Part shown: in pieces, positions 53,416-63,214 of the stretch
How the letters are laid out: every line of letters begins with the position of its first letter
How positions within the stretch are numbered: the stretch's first letter is position 1
DNA from: Thermoplasmata archaeon
Lineage (GTDB): Archaea > Thermoplasmatota > Thermoplasmata > Lutacidiplasmatales > UBA184
Length of the DNA stretch: 64,000 bases
Reading direction: 5' to 3'
Assembly (NCBI GenBank): GCA_022750415.1
Contig: JAKIVT010000001.1
Span: forward strand, 38,298 to 102,297
The notes under the pieces: generated by a model
Seen by the model: the letters and a program-made list of their open reading frames with translations, nothing else
Told to the model about the DNA's origin: nothing
Databases searched by the model: none
Program-made: the position numbers and the translations under genes

Positions 53416-54279
53416 CTAGCGCGCCGGCGCGATGGTCATGTGGAACGGCAACGCCGTCGCGGAGTGGGTCAGAGAACCCACGCTGATCGCATCGGCCCCC
53501 ACGGTCCGGTAGGCGCGAGCGTTCGCGAGGGTGATCCCACCCGAGAGCTCGATGTGGACACCGGCCCGGTGGCCGGCGGACACCAAACCTCGGACGATGG
53601 TCCGGGCCTCCCGGGGGCTTGCGTTGTCGATCAGGAGCCCCCGAGCCCCTTCCTCGACCGCCGCAAGCGCCTGCGCCAACGTCCGCACCTCCACCTGGAC
53701 CCGGCGGCCGGCCGCGCGCGCGACCGCCCGGCCCACCGCGACCCGGAGGGGGACGAGGGCGAGGTGGTTGTTCTTCACCAGGACGGCGTCCGACAGGTCG
53801 CGCCGGTGGGGGCGACCCCCGCCCTGTTGCACCGCCTCCTTCTCGAGGTCTCGCAGTCCGGGAAGGGTCTTGCGGGTCGCGTACACCGCCGGCCCTCCCG
53901 GGCCCACGGCTCGGCGGATCGCCGCCGTGCCGGTCGCTACGCCGGAGAGGTGCATCAGGAAGTTGAGGACCGTCCGCTCAACCGCGAGCAGGTCGCGCGC
54001 TCGGCCCGACAGTTCGAGCACGACCGTTCCCGAGCGGACGCGGTCGCCGTCCTTCACCCGTCGGCGGACCCGTAGGCCAGCGACCCGGGCGACGGCCTCG
54101 GCGACGTCGAGCCCCGCGACGACGCCCGTCGACTGGGCCGAAACCCGCCCGGTGGCCCGCAACGAACTCGGAACGACCGCCCGGCTCGTAATGTCGTGAC
54201 CCCACCGGTCCTCGTCGAGCGCCCGTTCCGCCGTCCGCCGAAGCTCGACGGGGAGGCGACGGCTACGGCGGAGGGCCAT
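53416..54279 (-). CDS. nadC: nicotinate-nucleotide pyrophosphorylase (carboxylating)
   Basis: Track ORF 53416..54360, trimmed to ATG 54279. Motifs are ALDEDRWGHDITS, ATRKTLPGLR, VKNNH and ELSGGITL. Confidence 0.92.
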   Translation of the reverse strand: MALRRSRRLPVELRRTAERALDEDRWGHDITSRAVVPSSLRATGRVSAQSTGVVAGLDVAEAVARVAGLRVRRRVKDGDRVRSGTVVLELSGRARDLLAVERTVLNFLMHLSGVATGTAAIRRAVGPGGPAVYATRKTLPGLRDLEKEAVQQGGGRPHRRDLSDAVLVKNNHLALVPLRVAVGRAVARAAGRRVQVEVRTLAQALAAVEEGARGLLIDNASPREARTIVRGLVSAGHRAGVHIELSGGITLANARAYRTVGADAISVGSLTHSATALPFHMTIAPAR

Positions 54280-56680
54280 CGGCCTCCCGGACGGCCGCGA
54301 GGAACCGTCGGAAGTCGTCGGCGAGGTCCGGCCGGAAGCGGGCGACCTCTTCGTGCGCAAGCTGGTCGGCCCGGGCCTTCGCGGTCGCGATGTCGCCCCG
54401 GCCGAGGGCCACTTCCGCGAGCCTCAGGACGACCTCGAGCTCGTCGGCCCGGACCCGAAGGTCGCGGACGATCCGGTACGCCTCGAGGAGAGGAAGCTCC
54501 GCCTCGACGAACTGCCCGCGGTCGCGGCGGATCTTCCCTTCCGTGATGTACGTCTGGGCGAGGCCGAACCGGTCGCCGATCTTCTCGAGGATCTCCCGGG
54601 CCCGGGTCGTCGCCGCCTCGGCCTCGGGGAGGTTCCCCCGTTCGCGCTCGACGTCGCCGATGTTGAACAGCGCCCACCCGACCCGTCGCAGGTCGTGGGC
54701 CCGCTCGGCGAGCTCGACCGCCTCGTGGAGGGCGACGATCGACTCGTCGAGCCGCCCGTGCTGGGCGATGACGACCCCGAGATAGACGAGCGCGTACGCC
54801 GCTTCCGCCTCGTCGCCGAGTTCGCGCAGCTCCGCCACGCTCGTCCGGTAGTCGGCGACCGCCTCATCGAGCCGCCCGGGGATCATGCCGAGGACGTTCG
54901 CCCGGCGGACCATCTCGAGGGCGATCTCGCGCCGTCGGCCGAGTTCCCGCGCGGTGGCGAGCGCGATGTCGTGGTGGCGGAGCGACTCGTCGTATTCGCC
55001 CCGGTAGTAGAGCACCTCGCCGCGCAACCGGTGGACCGCGATCCGGGTCTCGGCGGACGCCGCGACGTCGGCCGAGCCGAGGAGTTCGGACGTCCACTGG
55101 TCGGCCTCGTCCCACCGACCCTGGTCGGTCAAGATGCGGGCGAGATAGATCTTCAGCAGGGCTCGCTGGGCCGGCGAGGCCGCCCGCATCAGGTGCGGCG
55201 CGGCATCGAGGTCCCGAAGGAGTTTCTCCGCCGGCTTGAGCTCGCCGAGCCGGTCGAGCTGGACGGCGAGGTCGAGGACGAGCTCGATCTCCCCGGCGTG
55301 GTCGTCCGGGCGGGCCTTCCGGTGCGCCTCGATCGCCCGCTCGAGGTGGAACCGGGCCACGTTCGCGCTCATGGAGCGGATCGCGAAGTCCGCCGCGAAC
55401 CGGTTGTACAGTTCGGCCCGGTCCTCGATCCGTCCGAGGGAGAAGTGGCGGGCGAGCGCGAACACCGTCGCCGGGTCGGCCGGCCCCATCGCTTCGAGCG
55501 CGTCTCCCGCCTTCTTGTGGAGCACCCTCCGGTGCGCTTCGGTGAGCCCGGAATAGATGTACCGACGGAGGTCGTCGCGGACGAATTCGAGGTGCTCGTT
55601 CGGGCGCTCCCGCATCGCCCCCATCCGGACCAGCCGTTCGAGGACCTCGGTGAGCCGCTCCTCGTCGTCCTCGGAGGCCTTCAGCAACAGGTCGAAGGGG
55701 AACTCCCGCCCGAGCACGCTCCCCACGGTCAGAACGCGCCGGGCCTCCTCGTCCAGCGCGGGGAGACGGCGGGCGAGGTACTCCGAGAGCTCGCCGGGGG
55801 CGTCGTCCGCGGGCGTCGGGTCCGCCGCGGGGCCGGCGGTCCGGTTCCGGATGAGCTGTTCAAGGAAGAGGGGGTTGCCCCCGGTCTGCGAGTGCCAGCG
55901 GGTGACGTCCTCGACCGCCGCCCCACCGCCGACGTCGAGGCGCCGGACGAAATCGAGCGTCTCGCCGGCCGTAAACGGCCGCACCGTCACCAGCTCGCCG
56001 CCGCCCGTCCGGAGGAATCGCTCGATCAACCCCCGCTGGGGTTCCCGGAGCGTGGCGATCGGCAGGGTCGTGGCGAGCAGCCAGAGCTGCCGGTCGGCCA
56101 GGCGCGGCGCGATCGAGGCGAACGCGTCGAGGGAGGCCTCATCGGCCTGGTGGAGGTCCTCGACCACCACGAGCGTCGCGCCGCCCTTGGCGAGCTCGAG
56201 GAACTCGTCGGCGAGCTGGGCGTACAGCCGGACCTTGCCCTGGTCGGCCGATTCGACGGGCTGGCTCACCACCTCCAGGAGGCGTTCGTTCGGGTCGAGC
56301 CCGGCCCGGTCCTTGCCAGGGGCGAACCCGAGCAGGAACGATTCCGGGGTCGGCACCGCCGCCATTCCGAACAGTCCGGTGTCGGCGTCGTCCTCGTCGC
56401 TCTCCGCTCCCGCGGTCTTCGCCTGGGCGATGACGGAGCGGAACAACTGGAGCGGCGGAGGGCTCTCCAGGGACGGCGTGCGAGTGAGCACGACCCGGAG
56501 CCCCTTCGCGTGCGCCTCGTGGGCGAGCTGCTCGATGAGCGTGGACTTGCCGACCCCGGCGTTCCCTTCCACGAGGGTGACCCCGCCGCGCCCGTCCCGC
56601 GCGAGGTCGCGCCGTCGCCGCAGCGAGTCGAGGACCTCCAGTCGGCCGACAAACGGTCGGTCGACCCCGGAGGCGGCCAT
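54263..56680 (-). CDS. STAND-type AAA ATPase (AAA_16-like) with C-terminal TPR array
   Basis: 805 aa. Walker A is VEGNAGVGKSTL and Walker B is TLVVVEDLHQADEASL. The C-terminal ~400 aa are TPR-like repeats. No recognisable N- or C-terminal effector or HTH domain. Confidence 0.85.
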   Translation of the reverse strand: MAASGVDRPFVGRLEVLDSLRRRRDLARDGRGGVTLVEGNAGVGKSTLIEQLAHEAHAKGLRVVLTRTPSLESPPPLQLFRSVIAQAKTAGAESDEDDADTGLFGMAAVPTPESFLLGFAPGKDRAGLDPNERLLEVVSQPVESADQGKVRLYAQLADEFLELAKGGATLVVVEDLHQADEASLDAFASIAPRLADRQLWLLATTLPIATLREPQRGLIERFLRTGGGELVTVRPFTAGETLDFVRRLDVGGGAAVEDVTRWHSQTGGNPLFLEQLIRNRTAGPAADPTPADDAPGELSEYLARRLPALDEEARRVLTVGSVLGREFPFDLLLKASEDDEERLTEVLERLVRMGAMRERPNEHLEFVRDDLRRYIYSGLTEAHRRVLHKKAGDALEAMGPADPATVFALARHFSLGRIEDRAELYNRFAADFAIRSMSANVARFHLERAIEAHRKARPDDHAGEIELVLDLAVQLDRLGELKPAEKLLRDLDAAPHLMRAASPAQRALLKIYLARILTDQGRWDEADQWTSELLGSADVAASAETRIAVHRLRGEVLYYRGEYDESLRHHDIALATARELGRRREIALEMVRRANVLGMIPGRLDEAVADYRTSVAELRELGDEAEAAYALVYLGVVIAQHGRLDESIVALHEAVELAERAHDLRRVGWALFNIGDVERERGNLPEAEAATTRAREILEKIGDRFGLAQTYITEGKIRRDRGQFVEAELPLLEAYRIVRDLRVRADELEVVLRLAEVALGRGDIATAKARADQLAHEEVARFRPDLADDFRRFLAAVREADGPPP

Positions 56681-56689
56681 CCGCCCCTC

Positions 56690-57928
56690 CTAGGCCGGGG
56701 GTCCCGTATAGTCCCGTCGAGCGGCCCCGGAGGCGAGGAACGGGAGCCGGACGACCTCCGCGGGCACCGTGCGGCCCCGCAAGTCGAGGGTCAGCTGCTG
56801 GCCGACCGCGGCCAGCGCGGGGGGAAGGAAGGCGAGGGCGATCCCGTGCTGGAGCGTCGGGGAGAGCCCCCCGGAGGCGACCGTGCCGACGAGGTCCGCG
56901 CCGGACCGGATCGGAGTTCCGTGGCGGGGGATCGCGCCCGACTCGGTCACCGAGAGCCCGACCAACCGGACGTACTGGCCCTCCGACTTCTGCTTCTGGA
57001 GGGCTTCCTCGCCCACGAACGGGTGGTCGAACTCCACGAACCGGTCCTGCCCGGCCTCGAGCGGCGTGCGGTCCCGGTCGAAATCCTGGCCGGAGAGGAG
57101 ATACCCCTTCTCCAAACGGAGCGTGTTCCGGGCGCCGAGCCCGCACGGCACGACGCCGGCGGTGACGAGCGCCTCCGCGACGGCGGGCGCCCGGCTGGCG
57201 GCCACGAACAGCTCGAATCCGGTTTCCCCGGTGTAGCCGGTCCGGCTCACGAAGATGGCACGGTGGAGTCCCTTCGGAAAGAGCAGGTCGAGCGTCCCTT
57301 CGTTGGGGACGTCGCCCCCCCGCTCGGCGGGGAACCAAGCCCCCCGGTACACCTTGAGCCCCGCGAGGGACCAGCCGAACACGCGCTCGAGGGTCTCGGC
57401 CGCCTTCGGCCCTTGGACGGCGAGGATCGCGACGGCGCCGTTGTGCTGGGCGATGGTGGTGTCCGGCCGCCGGTGCTGCCGGAGCAGTTCCACGATTCGG
57501 GACGCCCGCGCCGCGTTCGGGACCGCGAGGAAGCGCGGTCCTTCCGCCCCGCCCGAGTCGAGTCGGGTGACGAGGAGGTCGTCCACGATCCAACCGGTCG
57601 CCTCGAGGAGGAAAGTGTACCGGCACTGCCCGGGCAAGAGCCGGGTCATGTTGGCCGTCGTCCGTCGGGAGAGGAGCGCGGGGGCGGTCGCTCCGTCGAC
57701 GGTCACGATCCCCATGTGGGACACGTCGAAGAGGCCCACCGACGTGCGGACCGCCTCGTGCTCGGCGAGGATGCTCGTGTAGTACAGCGGAAGCTCCCAC
57801 CCCGAGAACGGCACCATGTGACCGGCGTGCGCCTTGTGGAAGGCCGCGAGCGGGCTCTGGAGAAGGGCGACCGGGGCCGGCGCCTTCGTGGGGAGTTCCC
57901 CCGGCAGGGGCGCGGGAGGGCCGCTCAT
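56690..57928 (-). CDS. gcvT: glycine cleavage system aminomethyltransferase T
   Basis: Track ORF 56690..58015, trimmed to ATG 57928, which forms an ATGA overlap with the purP stop. Motifs are MVPFSGWELPLYYTSILAEHEAVRTSVGLFDVSHMG. Confidence 0.92.
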   Translation of the reverse strand: MSGPPAPLPGELPTKAPAPVALLQSPLAAFHKAHAGHMVPFSGWELPLYYTSILAEHEAVRTSVGLFDVSHMGIVTVDGATAPALLSRRTTANMTRLLPGQCRYTFLLEATGWIVDDLLVTRLDSGGAEGPRFLAVPNAARASRIVELLRQHRRPDTTIAQHNGAVAILAVQGPKAAETLERVFGWSLAGLKVYRGAWFPAERGGDVPNEGTLDLLFPKGLHRAIFVSRTGYTGETGFELFVAASRAPAVAEALVTAGVVPCGLGARNTLRLEKGYLLSGQDFDRDRTPLEAGQDRFVEFDHPFVGEEALQKQKSEGQYVRLVGLSVTESGAIPRHGTPIRSGADLVGTVASGGLSPTLQHGIALAFLPPALAAVGQQLTLDLRGRTVPAEVVRLPFLASGAARRDYTGPPA

Positions 57929-59100
57929 GTGACGATCTCCGCGAGGCGGCCGTCGTCGAGGGCGGTTCGGATCTCGCGGGCGAGCCGCCGACCCGTGCTC
58001 ATCGGCTCCCGCCACAGGGCGTTCGCGTACGGGTGGCCGAGGCCGAGGTGGATGTTCGTGCCGCCGCCGATCCGAGCGGCGACGTCGAAGACGACCGGTC
58101 GGCCGTCCTTGTCGATGCAGGTCTGGAGACAGAAGGGGCCCAGGATCCCCGGCGGGTAGCGGCCTTGCGAGGCGTTCACGAACTTCTCCCCGAGCCGGAA
58201 CACGTCCTCCAGGATCGACTCACGGACCGTGAGCGTTCCGTGCCCAACGACCGTGTACTCCGGCACCCGTCCCTCCTGCGCGAGCTCGAGCTGCTGGGCG
58301 GCGGGGAGGCGGACCAAACCATCGAGGGAGCTCTCCTTCCGCTCGTCGACCCCCAGCAGTTCCAGGCCGTCGTCGCGGGGCACGAGGGGCGAGAAGAAGA
58401 AGTTGAAGTTGAACACCGGTCCGATCACGTACCGCTCGATCCGCGCGGCGGCCAGGTCGTCGGGCCGAATCGTGCCGCGCTCGAGGAGCTCCCGGCTCTT
58501 CCGGTCGTACTCGGCCGCGCTCGCGACGGTGAAGAACCCCCGCTCGAGCCGCTTCTTCGCGTGGGGGAGCTTGACGATGGAGAGTCCGTCGATCGCCTTC
58601 GGGTCCTCGATCCGCTCCGGGGTCGGGATCCCCGCCGCCTCGAGGAGGGTGTAGTAATTCTCCCGCTCGGTCCGCTCCTCCATCCGGAGCATCGACCGGG
58701 ACCCGACGACGGGGACCCGGAACTCGGACTCGATGACCGGGAGGTCCACGTAGGAGCTGAACGCCCGGTTCGGCACCAGGAGCGCTCCCTTGGTCCGGAG
58801 CTTGTCCTGCGCCTCCACGTGCGCGAGGTCGGCGAACTTCGGGTACGTCCAAACTTCGTCCACGCAGCCGCGGAGGACCTTGCCGCTCGCATCCCGCCGG
58901 GTCCGGTAGTACCGACTGTACGTCGCTTCCCGCCCTTTCTGGGCCAGGACCAAGGTCCGGAACCCTTCGCTGACGGCGCCGTCCGCGATGTCGAGCGCCG
59001 AATGGGAGCCGACGGCGGCGACGACCGGTTGGGCCGGGTACTCGGAGAGGACGTCGACAATCTCCGAGCGCTCGAGCATGAGGAAGGGGGCGGAGTTCAC
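57925..59100 (-). CDS. purP: 5-formaminoimidazole-4-carboxamide ribonucleotide (FAICAR) synthetase PurP
   Basis: 391 aa, ATP-grasp. Motifs are VGSHSALDIADGAVSEGFRT and YVIGPVFNFNFFFSPL. The GTG start forms a GTGA overlap with the upstream stop. Confidence 0.9.
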   Translation of the reverse strand: MNSAPFLMLERSEIVDVLSEYPAQPVVAAVGSHSALDIADGAVSEGFRTLVLAQKGREATYSRYYRTRRDASGKVLRGCVDEVWTYPKFADLAHVEAQDKLRTKGALLVPNRAFSSYVDLPVIESEFRVPVVGSRSMLRMEERTERENYYTLLEAAGIPTPERIEDPKAIDGLSIVKLPHAKKRLERGFFTVASAAEYDRKSRELLERGTIRPDDLAAARIERYVIGPVFNFNFFFSPLVPRDDGLELLGVDERKESSLDGLVRLPAAQQLELAQEGRVPEYTVVGHGTLTVRESILEDVFRLGEKFVNASQGRYPPGILGPFCLQTCIDKDGRPVVFDVAARIGGGTNIHLGLGHPYANALWREPMSTGRRLAREIRTALDDGRLAEIVT

Positions 59101-61289
59101 AGGAGCTTAAGGGCTCGGGCCACCCGCTCCGGCGTGAGCGGAAGCTCGACGACCCGGGCACCGGTGGCGTCGGCGACGGCGTTCGCCACGGCCGCCGGAA
59201 CGGGGATGATCGGCGGTTCGCCGAGCCCCTTCGCACCGAACGGGCCGGCCCCGAGGAACCCTTCGATCGCGACGACCTCGACCGGAGGCATCTCGGCGAT
59301 CGTTGGGATCCGGTAGTCGAGGAGCCCCGGGTTTCCGAGACGGCCGTCGGGGCCCCAGAGGGTCTCCTCCGTGAGCGCCGTCCCGAGGCCCATCGCGACC
59401 CCCCCTTCGACCTGCCCTCGGAACATCCCGGCGTCGAGGACCGTTCCGATGTCTTGGAACGCCGCGTACCGGAGCACCTTGACGCTCCCGGTTTCCCGGT
59501 CGACCGAGACGGCGGCGACGTGGACGGAGGCGGTGAAATCGGTGTACGGGTAGAACGTTCCCTCGACGGCCCGCGTGGCATCGATCGCCCCCGACCGTCC
59601 GTAATGGCGGCCTTCCGTGACGAGCCCGCCTTCGCGTTCCTTCGGCTTCAGCAGCTCCGCGACCGGGGTCTTCGTCCGTCCGCTGACGAGCACGAGTCGG
59701 CGACCGTCGACGTCGAGCCGGGGCGTGCCGACCATGGAGGCCCTGGCGCCGAGCGTCTCGAGGAGCTTCGCGCCGGCGGCCTCGACGGCCCTTCCCAATG
59801 CCGCCACGGTCCGGCTCCCAAACACGCCGGAGTCGAATGGGGCGGTCGCGGTCGAGGTGCTCACCACGCGGATCCGGTCGGTCGGTAGGCCGAAGTACCG
59901 CTCGGCGACGGCGACGAGGCCGCGCACGACGCTGCCGCTCCCGATCTCGTGCTCGGCCTGCTCGATCACGAGCTCATTGGCGGTCAGGTGGAGCCGCACT
60001 TCGCCCCCGGCACCGGTCGAGGTCGACCAGAATCCGATCCCCACGCCGATCCCGGTTCCGGCGGGGAGGTTCCGTCGCCATTCGGCGACCTTCGCGTGCG
60101 CCCGCTCGAGGCCGGCGGCCGCGCCGAACGGTCCGACGGGCTGATAGAGCGCCGTCCGGTCCCCTTCGCGCCAGACGTGGCGGAGCCGGAACTCGACCGG
60201 GTCCACCCCGAGCCGACGGGACAGTCCGTCCATGTGCGAGTCGATGGCGAAGACGCACTGGGGGGCGAACGGGGCCCGGTGCGGCCCGAACGGCGGCTTG
60301 TTCGTCCGGATCGCATATCCCTCCATCTCGAACGCGGGGATCTTGTACGGCCCGAGCAAGAATCCGATCGAGTAGCCGGTGGCGAAATCCCGGCCGGGGA
60401 GCGAAGCGCCACTGTCGAGGAGGAGCCGGACCCGGCGGCCCGTGATCGTCCCGTTCTTCACGGAGGTGTCGAGCCGGATGACGGAGGGAAGGGTCGAGCG
60501 CCCGGTCAGGAACTCCTCGCGGTACCCGAACGCGAGCCGGACCGGTCGGCCCGAGGCCGCGGCCAGGAGGAGCGCGTACGGCTCGAGGAACGCTGCCCCC
60601 TTCGACCCGAAACCGCCCCCCACCCAGGTCCCTTCGACGACCAGCGACTCCTGGGGGATTCCCAGGATCTCGGCGGCATCCTCCCGGACCCCGAACGGCG
60701 TCTGCGTGCTCGTCGTGACCTTCCAGGTCCCGTCCGCGACCACGGCGAGGCACGCGTGGGGTTCGAGGGCGACATGGGCGATCCCGCTCGTTCGGTACGT
60801 TTCGCTGTGGACCAGGTCGGCGGTGCGGAAGGCGGCGGCGAGGTCGCCGTGACGGGCGACGACGTGGGCCACCACGTGCGGGTCGTTCGAGGCGAGCTTG
60901 CTCGGCCACTCGGGGTACCGGTCCTCGATGTCGATGAACGCCGGTTCGTTCGTGACGTCGACCCGGACGAGCCGAGCGGCGGCCCGGGCTTCGGCGAGGG
61001 ACGTGGCCGCCACGGCCGCGACCGGCTGGTGGCGGTACAGGATGCGCGATTTCGGAAACACCGGTCGCTCCGCGTTCCCACCGTTCGGAAGGAGCGCGGC
61101 GAGCTCGTCGGGTCCGACCGCCACGACGACACCGGGAGCTCGTCGGGCCGCGGTGAGGTCGACCGACCGCAGCACGCCGGACGCGACCGGGGCCGGCACG
61201 AGGGCCCCGAAGAGCATCCCATCCGTCTCCAGGTCGAGGCCGTAGACGGCGCCCCCGCGGCTCTTCAGCGCGGCGTCCGACCGCGTCAT
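59097..61289 (-). CDS. molybdopterin-binding large subunit of a xanthine dehydrogenase/CO dehydrogenase-family hydroxylase
   Basis: Track ORF 59097..61670, trimmed to ATG 61289. Motifs are GGGFGSKGAAFLEPYALLLA, HVALEPHACLA and AGPFGAKGLGEPP. Confidence 0.92.
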   Translation of the reverse strand: MTRSDAALKSRGGAVYGLDLETDGMLFGALVPAPVASGVLRSVDLTAARRAPGVVVAVGPDELAALLPNGGNAERPVFPKSRILYRHQPVAAVAATSLAEARAAARLVRVDVTNEPAFIDIEDRYPEWPSKLASNDPHVVAHVVARHGDLAAAFRTADLVHSETYRTSGIAHVALEPHACLAVVADGTWKVTTSTQTPFGVREDAAEILGIPQESLVVEGTWVGGGFGSKGAAFLEPYALLLAAASGRPVRLAFGYREEFLTGRSTLPSVIRLDTSVKNGTITGRRVRLLLDSGASLPGRDFATGYSIGFLLGPYKIPAFEMEGYAIRTNKPPFGPHRAPFAPQCVFAIDSHMDGLSRRLGVDPVEFRLRHVWREGDRTALYQPVGPFGAAAGLERAHAKVAEWRRNLPAGTGIGVGIGFWSTSTGAGGEVRLHLTANELVIEQAEHEIGSGSVVRGLVAVAERYFGLPTDRIRVVSTSTATAPFDSGVFGSRTVAALGRAVEAAGAKLLETLGARASMVGTPRLDVDGRRLVLVSGRTKTPVAELLKPKEREGGLVTEGRHYGRSGAIDATRAVEGTFYPYTDFTASVHVAAVSVDRETGSVKVLRYAAFQDIGTVLDAGMFRGQVEGGVAMGLGTALTEETLWGPDGRLGNPGLLDYRIPTIAEMPPVEVVAIEGFLGAGPFGAKGLGEPPIIPVPAAVANAVADATGARVVELPLTPERVARALKLL

Positions 61290-61759
61290 GGCGGACCGTC
61301 CCGGACCCGGTCGACCGCGCGGAGGATGGCGAGATACCCGGTGCACCGGCACAGGTTGCCCTGCAACCCATCGACGAGGGCGGCCGAGGTCGCCTCCGAC
61401 CCGAGCTCCCGGCGGACTCCCGTGAGCGCCACGATGAAACCCGGAGTGCAGTAGCCGCACTGCAGCGCCTCCTCGGCCTCGAACGCCGCTTGGACCCGGC
61501 GCCCTTCCGGATCCTCCGCGATCCCCTCGATCGTCGTCACCTTCGCCCCGTCGACCTCGTGGCTCAGCGTGAGGCAGGAGAGCGTGGTCTCGCCGTCGAC
61601 GAGCACCGTGCATGCGCCACAGTCGCCGGTGCGGCAACCCTCCTTCGTCCCCTTGAGACCGAGCCGCCAACGGAGCGTGTCGAGGAGCCGTTCGTCGTCC
61701 GGCACGGAGATCGAACGGCCCTTCGCCCCGTTCACGACGAGGGAGAGTTTGCCGGTCAT
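61286..61759 (-). CDS. (2Fe-2S)-binding small subunit of the Mo-hydroxylase
   Basis: 157-aa C-terminal part of track ORF 61286..62419, from ATG 61759. Motifs are CRTGDCGACTV, CGYCTPGFI and LCRCTGY. Confidence 0.93.
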   Translation of the reverse strand: MTGKLSLVVNGAKGRSISVPDDERLLDTLRWRLGLKGTKEGCRTGDCGACTVLVDGETTLSCLTLSHEVDGAKVTTIEGIAEDPEGRRVQAAFEAEEALQCGYCTPGFIVALTGVRRELGSEATSAALVDGLQGNLCRCTGYLAILRAVDRVRDGPP

Positions 61760-62601
61760 CGGCTCGCCTCGTCGCGGAGGGCCCGGGCGATCGCGCGGCG
61801 GACCAGCGTGGAGACCAGGCGGCGGCGGTACGATTCGGTCGCGCGTTTGTCGGTCACGAACGACGCGCGTCGGGCGGCCGCCTGGGCCGCGACTTCCACC
61901 TCGGCCTCGCTCGGATTCGGTTGGGTCAGCATCGCCTCCGCCTCGACCACCCGCATCGGGGCCGGCAGGACCCCGCCGAGGGCCACGTGCCAGCCGCTCG
62001 GGGAGTCGGAGCGGGCGACCGCGACCCCGACTTGGCTGACGTCGTTCGCTGGCCGGACCCGCTGCCAGACGTACGAGGAGACCGGCGCCGCCGGGACGGA
62101 GATCGATTCGATCAGCTCCCCGGGCGCGAGGTCGGTCTGCCGGGACGCACGCACGAACTGGCCGACCGGAACGTCCCGGTGGCCCGAAAGGGCGACCAGT
62201 CGTACGGTGGCCCCGAGCGCGAGGAGGACCGGCACCACATCGGAGGCGGGCGCGGCCCGGCCGAGGTTGCCCCCGAGGGTCGCCCGGTGGCGAAGCGCGA
62301 GGCTTCCGACCGCGTCGACGGCGTCGACGAGGCCGGGAAGGCGCCGTCGGACCGCCGGGTCGGTCCCGAGCCGGGCGAGGGGGAGGGTCGAGCCGACCAC
62401 GAGCCGGTCCGATTCCCAACGCATCGTGTTCCAGGGAAGCCGTCGGAGCGAGACGACCCGGGTCGACGCGACCCGGCCTTCGTCGAGGTCGAGCAAGAGG
62501 TCGGTTCCCCCGGCGATGGGCACCGATGGGCCGCCGGTGGGGTCGGCGAGCCGTTGCAACGCCTCCCGGACGGTCTTCGGCTGCTCCAGGGTGAACGGCA
62601 C
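61756..62601 (-). CDS. FAD-binding medium subunit of the Mo-hydroxylase
   Basis: 281 aa with a GTG start. Motifs are IAGGTDLLLDL and ATLGGNLG. Its end overlaps the small-subunit start by 4 nt. Confidence 0.92.
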   Translation of the reverse strand: MPFTLEQPKTVREALQRLADPTGGPSVPIAGGTDLLLDLDEGRVASTRVVSLRRLPWNTMRWESDRLVVGSTLPLARLGTDPAVRRRLPGLVDAVDAVGSLALRHRATLGGNLGRAAPASDVVPVLLALGATVRLVALSGHRDVPVGQFVRASRQTDLAPGELIESISVPAAPVSSYVWQRVRPANDVSQVGVAVARSDSPSGWHVALGGVLPAPMRVVEAEAMLTQPNPSEAEVEVAAQAAARRASFVTDKRATESYRRRLVSTLVRRAIARALRDEASR

Positions 62602-62695
62602 GTCGGACGGACCGGCCCGACCATCAAATCGTTTCCCGGACCTCGGCCGACCGCTTCGCCTTAAGCCCCCGCGGGCGGTGCCTCGGCCGAACCGG

Positions 62696-63214
62696 ATGCC
62701 GTTCGAGCTCCTGCTGCGCTATTCGACCCCCCTCACCCCGGTGGCCGACTTCGACGAGGTGCTCGTCGAATTCCTCCGTCTCGTCGGCTACCTGCCCCCG
62801 AGCGACGATGGGAGGGGAGGCGACGGGCCCGTCGGCGAGTCAATCGCCTACCGCCTGCTGAAGGATTGTCTCCTCAAGGATCCGGCCCGGGCGTGGTACG
62901 CCGAGGAGCTCGCGACCGTCCTGAAAACTCCGAAGTCCTCGGTCTACCGGCACATCAACAAGCTGAAGTCCCTCGACCTTTTGGAGGAGGTCGGGGGCGC
63001 ACAGGACGGCAAGGGACGCAAGGGGTACCGGGTCCGTTACGGGAACCTCGCGCGGGCCTGGGACTTCACGGAAGCCAACGCCCAGAACGCCCTCAAACGA
63101 TACCGGGAGACGGTGAATCACGTGCAAGCACTCGCCGAGAAGTGGAGCGCCGAGCAGCTCCAGAAGCCGACGACGCCGACCCGACCGAGCAAGACGAAGG
63201 GAGGGGACCGGTGA
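62696..63214 (+). CDS. winged helix-turn-helix transcriptional regulator
   Basis: In-frame ATG 62696 of track ORF 61490..63214; the rest of that ORF is antisense to the Mo-hydroxylase genes. The HTH is WYAEELATVLKTPKSSVYRHINKLKSLDLLEEV. Confidence 0.8.
   Translation: MPFELLLRYSTPLTPVADFDEVLVEFLRLVGYLPPSDDGRGGDGPVGESIAYRLLKDCLLKDPARAWYAEELATVLKTPKSSVYRHINKLKSLDLLEEVGGAQDGKGRKGYRVRYGNLARAWDFTEANAQNALKRYRETVNHVQALAEKWSAEQLQKPTTPTRPSKTKGGDR

Noticed and set aside
54353-58159. 1268-aa plus-strand ORF.
   Set aside because: It is antisense to the STAND ATPase, gcvT and purP genes, which have unambiguous motifs. Its product is R/E/G/P-rich with no recognisable domain.
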